Virus record (IMG/VR): IMGVR_UViG_3300032285_003899
Location: 18,127 to 82,126 of that record
Source of the DNA: a virus
Lineage: Duplodnaviria; Caudoviricetes
Direction: 5' to 3' (one strand)
Length of the DNA stretch: 64,000 nt
Of the stretch, positions 10,624 to 20,918 are shown one piece after another (the first letter of the stretch is position 1; the number at the start of each line of letters is the position of its first letter). The position numbers were made by a program, and so were the translations under genes. The notes below the pieces were generated by a model. The model did no database searches, was not told where the DNA came from, and saw nothing but the letters and a program-made list of their open reading frames with translations.

Positions 10624-13025
10624 AAAATTTAAATCTTACGCCTAGAGCGCAAAAGTTAATCAAAGAAGCTTATAAAATAGCTGTCGATCTCAAACACACT
10701 GAGATCACGCATCTTCATTTATTTATAAGCTTTCTTAATCTAAAGCAAAGTCAGATAGAAGAAGCTTTTGGTAATTTCGGAATAGATTCTTTAAAGATTA
10801 AGAATAGCGCTTTATCTTTTTTGAAACAAAATGTTCAGTCGCAAAAGAAAGCTACAACAAAGCCTCTACTTTCTCAAGAAATTACAAATGTATTTAAGTG
10901 CGCGAAATCTATTTCTTCAAAATTTGATCATAAGTACATAGGTTTAGAACATGTTTTTATTAGTTTGTTTGAAATTCCAGATCAAACTTTTGAAATGTTC
11001 TTAATTGATTTCGACTATAGTTTTGTAAAAGTAGTTGATTATATAGAACAAAAACTAGAGGAAGACGATATGCTTCCCGTAGCTGAAGAAGAAATTAATG
11101 TCACTAATCAAGCCAAACAAACTTTTGATATTAAAAAGTATAAGATATTAAATACTTATGCCAACAACTTGAATATGCAAGTTGCTAATGGCAAAATCAA
11201 TAATCTACATTTAAACAAAGACCTGATTCAAAAAATTTCAGAAGTTCTTTGTCGCAAAAATAAGAACAATCCACTTATTGTTGGCGAAGCTGGTGTTGGT
11301 AAAACAGCATTAGTAGAGTCCTTGGCACAAGCAATCGTCAAAGGTGAAGCTTCAGATCTACTTAGTTTGAAGCAGATTTACAGTTTGGATATTCCCATGA
11401 TGATTGCTGGATGCAAATTTCGTGGCGAGTTTGAAGAGAAGATTAAGAATCTATTAAAGGAAATAACAGATGATCCATATATTGTTCTTTTTATAGATGA
11501 GATTCATACTATTATTGGTGCTGGCAATCCAGAAAATGGAAACGATGTCGCCAATATATTAAAGCCATATCTAGCCAGAGGTGAAATAAGCTGTATTGGA
11601 GCAACAACTTTTGATGAATATAAAAAGACCATCTCTGATGATCCAGCTTTGTCTCGGCGTTTTCAGATGATTAAGATTGAAGAACCTACAAAAGAACAAA
11701 CTTTTAATCTTATCAAGAATATCAAAAGTGGATATGAAAATTTTCATATCATTGATTTTTCTGATGATGTTCTTCGCTTTACCATTAATAGTGCTGAGAA
11801 ATATATCGAAGGAAGATTTCCTGATAAAGCTTTAGATATTATTGATCAGGTAGGAGCTAAAGTTAAACTTAAGAATTTTGTAAAGTCTCCTGAAATGATC
11901 AAGATTGAAAAGAAGTTAAGCAAATTTGTCGATTCTAATAAGCAGACTATAGAAAAGAAAAAGATCGCTTCTTTAGAAGAACTCCTTGGTGAATACGAAG
12001 AATCCACAAAGAAGATGATTAACAATTGGCGAAACAATAAATATCAAGTTACTAATTCTGATATTTTAGAAGTTATTTCCGATAAAACAAATATTCCAAT
12101 TGATGATCTTAAGCTTCAAGACTTTGAAAAAGTTAAGATTCTAAAAACTAAATTAAAAGAACAAGTCTTTGGTCAAGACAATCAGATCGAACATATTTAT
12201 AAATCTTTAATTAGAGCGAAAGCAGGTTTTCGTAATACAAATAAACCAATATGCTCAATGCTTTATGCTGGGCCAACAGGAGTTGGCAAGACAATGACTG
12301 CAAAGATAATTGCCGAAACTTTATTTGTAAATAAAAACAATTTTATAACAATAGATATGTCTGAATACACAGACAAAACTGCTGTTAATAAACTGGTAGG
12401 TTCTAGTCCCGGTTATATCGGATTTGATAAAGGTGGAGTATTAACTGAGAAAGTAAGAAAAAACCCATATTCTTTAATTCTATTCGATGAAATTCAAAAA
12501 GCTGATGAAGACGTTTTGTATTCTTTGTTACAGATTCTTGAAGAAGGAAAGATAAGTGATTCTTCGGGTAAAGTTGTTGACTTTTCTAATACTATGATTG
12601 TTATGACAACAAATGTTGGTGCGGAAGTTGTCAATCATTCTGCTATAGGATTTGGAAAGCAAAAAGCTGGTAAGTCAGATGTTTTATCTTCAATCAAGAA
12701 GCATTTTCCTCCTGATTTATTAAATCGTATTGACGAGATAGTTATCTTCGATAGTCTTGAACAAGAACAGATCAAACTAATTATTGACAAGGAACTACAA
12801 GCATTTAAAACAGATCTTTTTGACAGGAATGTAAATATTAAGTATTCTTCGGAAGTAACTAACTTTATATTCAATAAGATACAATTCAATAACTTTGGTG
12901 CAAGACAAGTTATTAAGACTATTCAGCGTGAACTACAAACACAAGTAGCAGAAAAGATGTTAGATTCAGATAAGAAACTAAATTTAGAAATTCTTGTTAA
13001 GGATAACAATATTTGTGTAATCTAA
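10620..13025 (+). CDS. ClpA/ClpC-type AAA+ unfoldase
   Basis: Clp N-domain, two Walker A motifs ([16 protein letters not shown]), [12 protein letters not shown] ClpP-docking loop. Confidence 0.92.
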   Translation: MKNLNLTPRAQKLIKEAYKIAVDLKHTEITHLHLFISFLNLKQSQIEEAFGNFGIDSLKIKNSALSFLKQNVQSQKKATTKPLLSQEITNVFKCAKSISSKFDHKYIGLEHVFISLFEIPDQTFEMFLIDFDYSFVKVVDYIEQKLEEDDMLPVAEEEINVTNQAKQTFDIKKYKILNTYANNLNMQVANGKINNLHLNKDLIQKISEVLCRKNKNNPLIVGEAGVGKTALVESLAQAIVKGEASDLLSLKQIYSLDIPMMIAGCKFRGEFEEKIKNLLKEITDDPYIVLFIDEIHTIIGAGNPENGNDVANILKPYLARGEISCIGATTFDEYKKTISDDPALSRRFQMIKIEEPTKEQTFNLIKNIKSGYENFHIIDFSDDVLRFTINSAEKYIEGRFPDKALDIIDQVGAKVKLKNFVKSPEMIKIEKKLSKFVDSNKQTIEKKKIASLEELLGEYEESTKKMINNWRNNKYQVTNSDILEVISDKTNIPIDDLKLQDFEKVKILKTKLKEQVFGQDNQIEHIYKSLIRAKAGFRNTNKPICSMLYAGPTGVGKTMTAKIIAETLFVNKNNFITIDMSEYTDKTAVNKLVGSSPGYIGFDKGGVLTEKVRKNPYSLILFDEIQKADEDVLYSLLQILEEGKISDSSGKVVDFSNTMIVMTTNVGAEVVNHSAIGFGKQKAGKSDVLSSIKKHFPPDLLNRIDEIVIFDSLEQEQIKLIIDKELQAFKTDLFDRNVNIKYSSEVTNFIFNKIQFNNFGARQVIKTIQRELQTQVAEKMLDSDKKLNLEILVKDNNICVI

Positions 13026-13030
13026 TTTAT

Positions 13031-13234
13031 ATGCCACTACCAAAACCTACTAAGAAAGAAACTGAACAAGAATTCGTTAGTCGCTGCATGGGTGACGATA
13101 TGATGAATAAAGATTTCAAGGATCAAAAGCAACGTGCCGCCGTTTGTTATTCTCAATACAAGATTCGCCATAAGGCAAAAGGTGAAGCAAGTTGGGATGA
13201 CGTTCGCAAAGGTGATAGTTTAAATATTCTATAA
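13031..13234 (+). CDS. small conserved phage protein
   Basis: MPLPKP...EFVSRCM...QRAAVCY; GTGTAA at 13015-13020. Confidence 0.75.
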   Translation: MPLPKPTKKETEQEFVSRCMGDDMMNKDFKDQKQRAAVCYSQYKIRHKAKGEASWDDVRKGDSLNIL

Positions 13235-13237
13235 TAT

Positions 13238-14389
13238 ATGAGTGATTATAATCAGATTTACGGAACAAACGCAGCATCTGCATCAAATGATACATTTGAT
13301 TTTACGATGCCTGATATCCCTGAACCTCCTCAATCAGAAAAGCCAGAACCAAAGGATAAAGATCCAGTAGGTTTTAAGTTTGGCTTTATTGGTGCTGGTC
13401 AAGGTGGCGGTAAGTTAGCGGAGACTTTCGCGCAAATTGGTTATGCTAGAGTAGGTGTTATTAACACCGCCGATCAAGATCTAGCTACAATCAATGTTCC
13501 CAACAAGCTTAAGTTTGGCGAACAGCAAGGTGCTGGTAAGAATAGAGACGTAGCCAAGCAAGCTTTCTTGAATAGCAAGGAAGATGTGGTTGACTTTATT
13601 AAGTCTTCTGTTGGAACCGACATTGATCGAATTTTTGTAACTGTTGGTGCTGGCGGTGGAACAGGTGCAGGTGTTTGTACTGAACTAGTCAAGACAGTCA
13701 AGGAATATCAAAATACAGTTAAGTCTGGATCTCCTTATGTTGGATTGATTCTAGCTCTACCAAAACTTTCAGAAGGTAAAAAGGTAAGTCAAAATGCTTA
13801 TGATACCTTGAAAGAGGCTTGTGAATTAGTTGAGCAGAAGATTGTTTCGCCTCTTATTATTCTTGATAATGAACGCATTAACACTCTATATCCAAAGCTT
13901 TCAATTAATAAGTTCTGGCAAGTAGCTAATGCTAATATTTGTTCACTATTCCACTTGTTTAATAATATTATAACCAAGAATAGTCAATATAGCACATTCG
14001 ATACAAATGATTTTAGAACCGTATTAGATTCTGGAATCATGGTTTTCGGTGCTACAAATATTACTAATTTCAGCAATGAAGGTGAGATTTCAAAAGCTGT
14101 ACGCGAAAACTTAAAGCGAAATGTTCTTTGTGGTGAACTTGATCTTGCCACTGGATCTACTGCTGCCGCTGTAGCTATTGGTGATGAAAAAACTTTAGAT
14201 GATATTCCTCAAGAATATTTAGACAATGCTTTTAATCAACTTAATAGAACTTTGAAGACTAACAGTACCGTTCATCAAGGTATTTACAAGGGAGTTAAGC
14301 AAGGTCTTTCTATTTTTACAGCAATTGGAGGAATAACAACTCCTACTGGAAAACTAGATGCGCTTCTAAAAGCTAGTCAACAAGTGTAA
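13238..14389 (+). CDS. tubulin/FtsZ-superfamily GTPase (PhuZ/TubZ/CetZ-like)
   Basis: GAGQGGGKL, INT, GAGKN, signature GAGGGTGAG, LDNE, T7-like FDTNDF. Confidence 0.9.
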   Translation: MSDYNQIYGTNAASASNDTFDFTMPDIPEPPQSEKPEPKDKDPVGFKFGFIGAGQGGGKLAETFAQIGYARVGVINTADQDLATINVPNKLKFGEQQGAGKNRDVAKQAFLNSKEDVVDFIKSSVGTDIDRIFVTVGAGGGTGAGVCTELVKTVKEYQNTVKSGSPYVGLILALPKLSEGKKVSQNAYDTLKEACELVEQKIVSPLIILDNERINTLYPKLSINKFWQVANANICSLFHLFNNIITKNSQYSTFDTNDFRTVLDSGIMVFGATNITNFSNEGEISKAVRENLKRNVLCGELDLATGSTAAAVAIGDEKTLDDIPQEYLDNAFNQLNRTLKTNSTVHQGIYKGVKQGLSIFTAIGGITTPTGKLDALLKASQQV

Positions 14390-14397
14390 TAAAATAT

Positions 14398-14625
14398 ATG
14401 GCTAATAATCAAGACATACAATTTTGTTATTTTAATACTGGCACAACAATTACACCAACTAGCGATAGAGATGTTTATATCGTTGCCGCTTTAGCTTCAT
14501 TTAGTGGAGATTTTGGAACAGTAACTGTAGGAGCAAATCAATCTTTGAATCCTGCTTTTCCTATTAAAATTTCTAGTCCAGTTGTAAGTGGAAGTGCTAG
14601 AAGTTTGTTCTATTATTTCGATTGA
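14398..14625 (+). CDS. hypothetical protein
   Basis: 75-aa ORF with GTGTAA-N8-ATG. Confidence 0.7.
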   Translation: MANNQDIQFCYFNTGTTITPTSDRDVYIVAALASFSGDFGTVTVGANQSLNPAFPIKISSPVVSGSARSLFYYFD

Positions 14626-14636
14626 TTTTATTAGAA

Positions 14637-14669
14637 ATATCGCAGGATACTCATAATATCCTGCGATAT
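14637..14669. repeat. perfect 13-bp inverted repeat with a 7-nt loop abutting ATG 14670
   Basis: ATATCGCAGGATA-CTCATAA-TATCCTGCGATAT. Confidence 0.9.
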
Positions 14670-15260
14670 ATGAATCTTCAGATCTATAAGCCAAACCCAA
14701 AGAATCAGGGTTGTGCCATCAGTTTTCAAATCTCACAAAAGCCAAGCAGTGAGCCGCAGTTTTATGTAAACTGTATTGCTCAACATTCTTGGAACGATCA
14801 AACCAAGACAGGCTCATTTGCAGAAAGTCGCAATAATCCATCAAAGACTATCGCTATCAAGTTTAACGAGTTTGAACTTGGTGAAATGATTAACGCTTTT
14901 CAACAAAAGACTTCTTATTCCGCGTTTCATTCTAGCGAGTCAAACAAGACTCAAATTAAGCTCGCTCCATACGAGAAGACAAAGGGTACAGGAGATTACG
15001 CTGTAAAGTATACTGCTTTTGGACTTTCCTTCATTCGAAATGGCGCAGATACTTTTAAGGTTCCACTAGAGCCGGGAGAAGCTGTTCGATTGATCGCTTT
15101 CATCAATAAGTATTATTCTCTACTTGATGATTCACGAAAGCTACCACCAAAGACAGAGCAAGGTGCAGCACCAAAGCGAGAAGCCGCTCCTCAAGAGGCT
15201 GCTCCAAAGCCTAAGAAGGCAGAACCAGTTGCTGCTGATGCAGAAGAAATGGACTTCTAA
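14670..15260 (+). CDS. putative ssDNA-binding protein (PC4/Whirly-like beta fold, acidic tail)
   Basis: beta-rich core, Pro/Ala/Lys linker, C-terminus AEEMDF. Confidence 0.5.
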   Translation: MNLQIYKPNPKNQGCAISFQISQKPSSEPQFYVNCIAQHSWNDQTKTGSFAESRNNPSKTIAIKFNEFELGEMINAFQQKTSYSAFHSSESNKTQIKLAPYEKTKGTGDYAVKYTAFGLSFIRNGADTFKVPLEPGEAVRLIAFINKYYSLLDDSRKLPPKTEQGAAPKREAAPQEAAPKPKKAEPVAADAEEMDF

Positions 15261-17155
15261 TGTCTAAAAAACGGGTTTTAATTCATAGTAATTTTTGCAA
15301 GATGTTTACTGGTTTCGGTAAACATAAAAAGAACTTATTGTCTTACTTATATAAGACTGGAAAATACGATCTTATAGAATTAAGCAATGGATTTTCTTGG
15401 GAATCAGAACAAGTTCAATATGTTCCTTGGAAGTCTTATGGTACATTACCAGAAGATCCCGAGATTCTAAAAGAGATTTCTATTGATGAAAGAAGAAAAA
15501 ATGCGGCAGGTTATGGCGCAGAAATGATTGATCATGCGATAAAAGAATTAAAACCCGATATTTATTTAGGAATAGAAGACGTTTGGGCTTTCAACGGTTT
15601 TCAAGACAAAGAATGGTGGAATAAAGTTCACTGTATCATTCACACCACTCTTGATAGTCTTCCAATACTTCCTGACGCAGTTTCTATTGCGCCGAAAGTT
15701 AATCATTATTTAGTTTGGGCATCATTTGCTGAAAAAGCCATGCATAAGCTTGGGCATACTCATGTAAAAACTGTACATGGCACATTAGATATAAATTCTT
15801 TTTATCGACTCACAGATGAAGATAGAAAGAGAATTCGCGCTCGTTTCAAACTAAATAAGGAATTTATTATTGGTTTTGTTTTTAGAAATCAATTAAGAAA
15901 ATCTGTACCAAATTTACTTGATGGATTCAAGCTGTTTTACACTGCTAATCCAAACGCTAATGCCAAACTTCTTCTACACACTTCATGGAATGAAGGTTGG
16001 GATATTCTTAAGTTATTGAAGGAAAAAGAAATTGATCCAAAAAACATATTAACAACTTATGTTTGTAAAAATTGTAACGCACATCATGTAAAATCATTTA
16101 CCGCTCATGTTGTTAATTGTGACTATTGTGGAGCTAAAAATAGCTGCGAAACCACCAACGTAAAAACCGGAGTAAACGAACAGCAATTAAATGAGATTTA
16201 CAATCTCATGGATGTTTATTGTCATCCATTCACTTCTGGTGGACAAGAAATTCCAATTCAAGAAGCTAAATTGACTGAACTTATAACTCTTGTCACTAAT
16301 TATAGTTGTGGAGAAGATTGCTGCACTACAGAAAGCGGCGGCTTTCCACTTGAATGGGCAGAATATAGAGAACCTGGAACTCAATTCATTAAAGCTTCTA
16401 CTTTACCTACTAGCATTTTTTCTCAATTGCAATATGTTTTTAATCTATCTAACGAAGAGAAAAATGCATTAGGAAAAAAAGCTCGTCAATTTGTTATTGA
16501 TAATTACAGTATCGAAGTAGTCGGCAAATATTTTGAAGAACTTTTTGATAGCTTACCTTCAATTAACTATACTTTTGAAAATAAAAAAATTAAATGCAAT
16601 CCATTTTACGACGTTAATGAAAATTTAAATGATAAACAATGGGTTGAATCGTTATATGATAATATTTTAATGCGAAAAGATCCCGCTGGAGTTATTCATT
16701 GGATTCAAAGGTTAAATACAGATCTAAAGAGAAATGATGTTTTAGCTTATTTTAGAAAGATAGCTCTAAATGAAAATCAAAATACATTCCTTTTTGAAAT
16801 GTTGGAGTCGTTGAAGGAAAATAAAAATAAGAAAAAAATAGCTTTCGTACAACCAGAAGGTGCGGAAGAAATAATTATAGCCACATCTCTGATCAGATCA
16901 ATCAAGAATCTTTATCCAGAACACGATATTTATTTTTTTACGAAATCTGAATATTTTGATTTATTAAATTCTCATCCAGACATAACGAAAGTTCTTAATT
17001 ATTTTAATAAGATGGACGATCCATTATTTTTTGAAGGCAAAGGTGGAAGCACTAAGTATTTTGACATTGTTTACGCGCCTTATCTTTCTATAAATAATAA
17101 TTATTTCAGAAACGCACAAGACATTCTACAATATAATATTTATGAATCTAACTGA
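15260..17155 (+). CDS. GT-B glycosyltransferase (GT4-like) with an inserted Zn ribbon and a C-terminal GT9-like N-domain
   Basis: GFVFRNQLRK, LMDVYCHPFTSGGQEIPIQEAKL; CKNC/CDYC; EEIIIATSLIRSIKNLYPEHDI. Confidence 0.85.
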   Translation: MSKKRVLIHSNFCKMFTGFGKHKKNLLSYLYKTGKYDLIELSNGFSWESEQVQYVPWKSYGTLPEDPEILKEISIDERRKNAAGYGAEMIDHAIKELKPDIYLGIEDVWAFNGFQDKEWWNKVHCIIHTTLDSLPILPDAVSIAPKVNHYLVWASFAEKAMHKLGHTHVKTVHGTLDINSFYRLTDEDRKRIRARFKLNKEFIIGFVFRNQLRKSVPNLLDGFKLFYTANPNANAKLLLHTSWNEGWDILKLLKEKEIDPKNILTTYVCKNCNAHHVKSFTAHVVNCDYCGAKNSCETTNVKTGVNEQQLNEIYNLMDVYCHPFTSGGQEIPIQEAKLTELITLVTNYSCGEDCCTTESGGFPLEWAEYREPGTQFIKASTLPTSIFSQLQYVFNLSNEEKNALGKKARQFVIDNYSIEVVGKYFEELFDSLPSINYTFENKKIKCNPFYDVNENLNDKQWVESLYDNILMRKDPAGVIHWIQRLNTDLKRNDVLAYFRKIALNENQNTFLFEMLESLKENKNKKKIAFVQPEGAEEIIIATSLIRSIKNLYPEHDIYFFTKSEYFDLLNSHPDITKVLNYFNKMDDPLFFEGKGGSTKYFDIVYAPYLSINNNYFRNAQDILQYNIYESN

Positions 17156-18335
17156 AAAAATGGCGTTAGATTGTGGAGTTAAAATCTCACAACCATACCT
17201 TGACAGATATTTTCTTCCAATCAAGAATGATAATTATATAATAATTGATACTAGATGTAAGAATATCATTGGAGAATACGATTATTTCTCTGATGTGTTA
17301 GATCTCATAAAAGGATATTTGAATGAAGCTGGTATCGACATATTTCAATTCGCTACAGAAAAAAATACAAAATTACAATGTAATAAATGTTTTATTACCA
17401 TTAACAAAAAACAAGAAAATTATCTTATTTCTAAAGCTAAATTGTTAATTTCTAATGAAAATTATTCTTTGCATATAGCTTCTGTTTTTAATGTCAAGTC
17501 GATTGGATTATATTCTTTATTTAATCCAAAAAATACCAGTCCAGTTTGGAACAAAGAGTCTCAAATAATTCTTGAATCAAACAGAGATGGCAATCTTCCT
17601 TCTTATGGGCATTTAAAAGAATCTCCCAAGACTATAAATTTTATTAGTCCTTACGTTATCGCTAAAAACATATTAGATAGCCTTGGTATACAAAATGATT
17701 TACATCGTTTTGAATTGGTGAATTTAGGCAGAAGTTTTCATCAGAAGATTGTAGAAATCGTACCCGATTTCATTTCTTCAGAAGATTTCATGAAAGACCG
17801 ATCTGTTAATCTAAGGCTTGATTATGTAAAAAATTTGAACTCATCTGTTTTTAATTACTGGATGACTAACAGAAAAATTAACATTATAACCGATAAAGAT
17901 ATAAATGTTAATATGATTGCCCCATATAGAAATAATATTATACTGATGACGGTAATGTTGTCGCCAAATATTTCCGAAAGATTCTTAAAACACTGCAAAG
18001 CTATAGGATTAAAATTAAAAATTTTTTGCGATGACAAAACTAAGTTGGAAGAATATAGATATAAATTTTTAGATTGGGAAGTTCAGAAAGACTTCGATAA
18101 TGATGGCGTTTTAGAAAAGTTAAAAAACATTTCAGAAAAATCTAAGTTCATTAGCTCTAAAATTTTAATTTCAAAAGGCAGACAGTTCTCTTGCAAAGCT
18201 AACTATCTTTCGAACAAACATCTTGACAATTGCGAAGAAAACGTTATTCTCTCAAAAGAATTTGAACAAGAAATCGAATTCTTTAAAATTTACAATGAGC
18301 GAGAAGAATCCACATCTAGCACCTCAGTCGCGTAA
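17142..18335 (+). CDS. GT9 (heptosyltransferase)-like domain protein
   Basis: LISKAKLLISNENYSLHIASVFNVKSIGLY resembles the GT9 C-domain. Confidence 0.55.
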   Translation: MNLTEKMALDCGVKISQPYLDRYFLPIKNDNYIIIDTRCKNIIGEYDYFSDVLDLIKGYLNEAGIDIFQFATEKNTKLQCNKCFITINKKQENYLISKAKLLISNENYSLHIASVFNVKSIGLYSLFNPKNTSPVWNKESQIILESNRDGNLPSYGHLKESPKTINFISPYVIAKNILDSLGIQNDLHRFELVNLGRSFHQKIVEIVPDFISSEDFMKDRSVNLRLDYVKNLNSSVFNYWMTNRKINIITDKDINVNMIAPYRNNIILMTVMLSPNISERFLKHCKAIGLKLKIFCDDKTKLEEYRYKFLDWEVQKDFDNDGVLEKLKNISEKSKFISSKILISKGRQFSCKANYLSNKHLDNCEENVILSKEFEQEIEFFKIYNEREESTSSTSVA

Positions 18336-19044
18336 CGCTTGGGGTTTAATTGAAAACGTAGATTACAAAACAAATGAAGACGGCTCAATCAATTGGCGAG
18401 CAATGGTTAAGGCAGAGCATCTGTTCCCGAATAGAGGATGGTTTGAGTCTCGTAAGCAGCAAATGCCCACTTCCATTGAAGGTCTTGCTGATAACCAGCT
18501 TCTTATCAAGCTTGCTGGTATTAAAGAGCTTGCCAAGCTCCGAGGATACACAAGCGTAAAGTATGATGTTATTAAGTGCGAACCATCTTATGTCAGTATT
18601 AAGTGCGGCATAACTTGGATTCCAAACTACGAATCAGAATATGAAAGTTATTACGAAGATATCGCAAATGCTACAGTCAATAATACTTCGGACTTTGCTG
18701 TCAAGTTTTTGGAGACGATTGCAGCTAATCGCGCATTCGTTAGGGCTGTAAGAAACTTTCTTGGCGTACACATTGTAGGCAGCGATGAAATCGATGCTTC
18801 TAAAAAAGGCACTCCTTCGGTATTTGAAGATGATAACGAAGTCGCGCTTCCTTCTTCACAAGGAATGCTAGAAAAAACTGCCAAGAATTCTGGTATTAAT
18901 TCTTTTGAGGAATTTCAAGATTATCTTCGTAATGCTTGGAAGATGGGTGTTTACAAGAACGCTGAAGCTAAAGTATGGACTTCTTATAATGATATTCCAG
19001 CAAAAGAAGCTAGAATTTTAATGTCAATTCTAAAAGATAAGTGA
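18295..19044 (+). CDS. putative Rad52/Sak-like single-strand annealing protein
   Basis: GIKELAKLRGY...KCGITW...ETIAANRAFVRAVRNFLGV. Confidence 0.45.
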   Translation: MSEKNPHLAPQSRNAWGLIENVDYKTNEDGSINWRAMVKAEHLFPNRGWFESRKQQMPTSIEGLADNQLLIKLAGIKELAKLRGYTSVKYDVIKCEPSYVSIKCGITWIPNYESEYESYYEDIANATVNNTSDFAVKFLETIAANRAFVRAVRNFLGVHIVGSDEIDASKKGTPSVFEDDNEVALPSSQGMLEKTAKNSGINSFEEFQDYLRNAWKMGVYKNAEAKVWTSYNDIPAKEARILMSILKDK

Positions 19045-19490
19045 TGATTATGTATAGAGAAATTTTACAAATTAACGTAAAGAAGCTTTCGGAAAATGCA
19101 ACTATTCCTACTCAAGGAACAAAGTTTGCCGCTGGATATGATTTGTATGCAGCGGAAGATGCGGTTGTAGTTTGTGGAACTCGCAAGCTAATTAAGACCA
19201 ATATTTCAATGGAGATTACTCCCGGTTATTACGGAAGAATTGCTCCTCGTTCTGGTCTAGCTTATAAGAACGGTATCGATGTTTTGGCTGGAGTAATTGA
19301 TTCTGATTATCGCGGTGATATCGGAGTTATTCTTTACAATACAGACAAGAATATTGATTTCACTGTTAAGAAGGGTGATCGAATCGCTCAGATTATTTTT
19401 GAAGCTTGTTATATCGCCACTTTAAATAATGTAGAAAATTTAGATAATACATTGAGACAAGCTGGCGGCTTTGGCTCGACAGGAGTATGA
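19041..19490 (+). CDS. dut: trimeric dUTPase
   Basis: AGYDL, PRSGLA, GVIDSDYRG, GDRIAQ, RQAGGFGSTG. Confidence 0.96.
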   Translation: MMIMYREILQINVKKLSENATIPTQGTKFAAGYDLYAAEDAVVVCGTRKLIKTNISMEITPGYYGRIAPRSGLAYKNGIDVLAGVIDSDYRGDIGVILYNTDKNIDFTVKKGDRIAQIIFEACYIATLNNVENLDNTLRQAGGFGSTGV

Positions 19491-19768
19491 ACGACAAGCA
19501 TATTAAAAAAATCATAGATAAGCAATTTAAGATAGCTAATTTAGATCTTAAGTATGAAGATATCCGTGATAACCAAACTCCAAATTGGTTGACTAAATAT
19601 TCTTACACTCCAGAAGACAACGAAAAGTGGAAGAACTGGACTATGAAATATATGCGCGAAAAGATGAAGCTCACGAAAGACAAAGCGTTGATAGAAACTG
19701 CGTGGATAGATTTGAATTTCGGTCTTAGAACTTCAGATCAATCTTCTAAAAAGTCAAAAAAGAAGTGA
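19487..19768 (+). CDS. hypothetical protein
   Basis: 93-aa ORF coupled to both neighbours. Confidence 0.7.
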   Translation: MNDKHIKKIIDKQFKIANLDLKYEDIRDNQTPNWLTKYSYTPEDNEKWKNWTMKYMREKMKLTKDKALIETAWIDLNFGLRTSDQSSKKSKKK

Positions 19769-20040
19769 AGCGAGATCTTAAATTATTAGATCTATGCAAG
19801 ATTCTTGATACAGATTATTCTGATTATGGAGGAAAAATACGTCGCCATAGCGATCCAGATTACAATTATAGCGATTGTAGTTGTGGCTGTAAGCATTTTA
19901 TTCCTCTATACAATCAGAAATATAGAGATGCAGACGTTGACTTCGGAGTCTGCACAAACAAAAGAAGTAAAAGATGCGGATTATTGACATTCGAAAATCA
20001 AGCTGGTTACGGATGTTTTGAAACAGAAAAACTAAGGTGA
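19765..20040 (+). CDS. hypothetical Cys-containing protein
   Basis: GTG start; stop overlaps the tRNA-Ser 5' end. Confidence 0.65.
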   Translation: MKRDLKLLDLCKILDTDYSDYGGKIRRHSDPDYNYSDCSCGCKHFIPLYNQKYRDADVDFGVCTNKRSKRCGLLTFENQAGYGCFETEKLR

Positions 20041-20126
20041 GGTGGCAGAGTGGTCTAATGCAGAGCTTTGCTAAAGCTCCGTACTCCAAAAGAGTACCGA
20101 AGGTTCAAATCCTTCTCTCACCGCCA
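20036..20126 (+). tRNA. tRNA-Ser(GCU)
   Basis: GGTGAGG/TCTCACC-G-CCA; GAGCT-TTGCTAA-AGCTC; long variable arm. Confidence 0.95.
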
Positions 20127-20134
20127 ATTTAAGT

Positions 20135-20208
20135 TGTCCGATGGTGTAACGGTAGCACAAGAGACTTTGACTCTCTTTGTATAGGTTCAAATCCTGTTCG
20201 GACAACCA
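20135..20208 (+). tRNA. tRNA-Gln(UUG)
   Basis: TGTCCGA/TCGGACA-A-CCA; AGAGA-CTTTGAC-TCTCT. Confidence 0.95.
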
Positions 20209-20215
20209 TTTTATA

Positions 20216-20410
20216 ATGCAAGAAGTAGAATCTATTATATCTAAACTGATCGAATCGATTAAAACAGTCGATACTAACAAATCTATTCCTTATTTAGTAA
20301 AAGATTTAGACAAGCACGTTCAAGAAGCTTATTCTGAATTATATAAATATAGGCAACGAAAATCAGTGTATAAACCTCTGAATGACAACAAACGAGGTCA
20401 CTGCTGTTAA
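20216..20410 (+). CDS. hypothetical protein
   Basis: ATG just after tRNA-Gln. Confidence 0.6.
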   Translation: MQEVESIISKLIESIKTVDTNKSIPYLVKDLDKHVQEAYSELYKYRQRKSVYKPLNDNKRGHCC

Positions 20411-20585
20411 AATATCAACGCCCTGCACTAGAAAATGCAAGCTGATAAATGATCATTGTGTAGGCTGCGGTCGAACTTGGCAACAAATCAGAGATTGGAC
20501 TGTTTATAACGAGTCTGAAAGACTTGCAATAATGAACGATCTAAAGCCAAATATACAACTAAAAGAACAATATGAGTGCTGGTAA
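20382..20585 (+). CDS. DUF1289-like small Cys-rich protein
   Basis: TPCTRKC...HCVGCGRT..QIRDW. Confidence 0.75.
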   Translation: MTTNEVTAVKISTPCTRKCKLINDHCVGCGRTWQQIRDWTVYNESERLAIMNDLKPNIQLKEQYECW

Positions 20586-20700
20586 AGGCGATAAACCAAG
20601 AAATTGTTTTAGCAAACAATATAAACATAATCACGATTTAATTGATTGGGGTCGAAAGAAAAACAAAAAGAATAAGAAAGGCTCCAATAGTGAGCGATAA
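20572..20700 (+). CDS. 42-aa small basic protein (absent from ORF track)
   Basis: MSAGKGDKPRNCFSKQYKHNHDLIDWGRKK...; overlaps both neighbours. Confidence 0.65.
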   Translation: MSAGKGDKPRNCFSKQYKHNHDLIDWGRKKNKKNKKGSNSER

Positions 20701-20905
20701 TTCTTCAAATATACATAGAGCAATCAATGTAACGACCCTCACCGAGAAAGAAATAAAAAAATATTCGCTAGTTAAAACTGGCGACTTGTTTAAAAAAGAC
20801 GACTATTTATTATTATACGATGACCAATATGTAAAAATTGGTAGTTTAAGTAGTTTATTAAAATATAAAATACTTAAAGAGACTACTGTATACAGAAGAA
20901 AATAG
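20690..20905 (+). CDS. hypothetical protein
   Basis: probable GTG start overlapping the previous stop. Confidence 0.55.
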   Translation: MSDNSSNIHRAINVTTLTEKEIKKYSLVKTGDLFKKDDYLLLYDDQYVKIGSLSSLLKYKILKETTVYRRK

Positions 20906-20918
20906 TGTAAATAATTTT

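Noticed and set aside
13238-14625. Nucleus-forming (chimallin) or TubZRC system
   Set aside because: No chimallin-like ORF, TubR or iteron array is recognisable in this window; it cannot be asserted.
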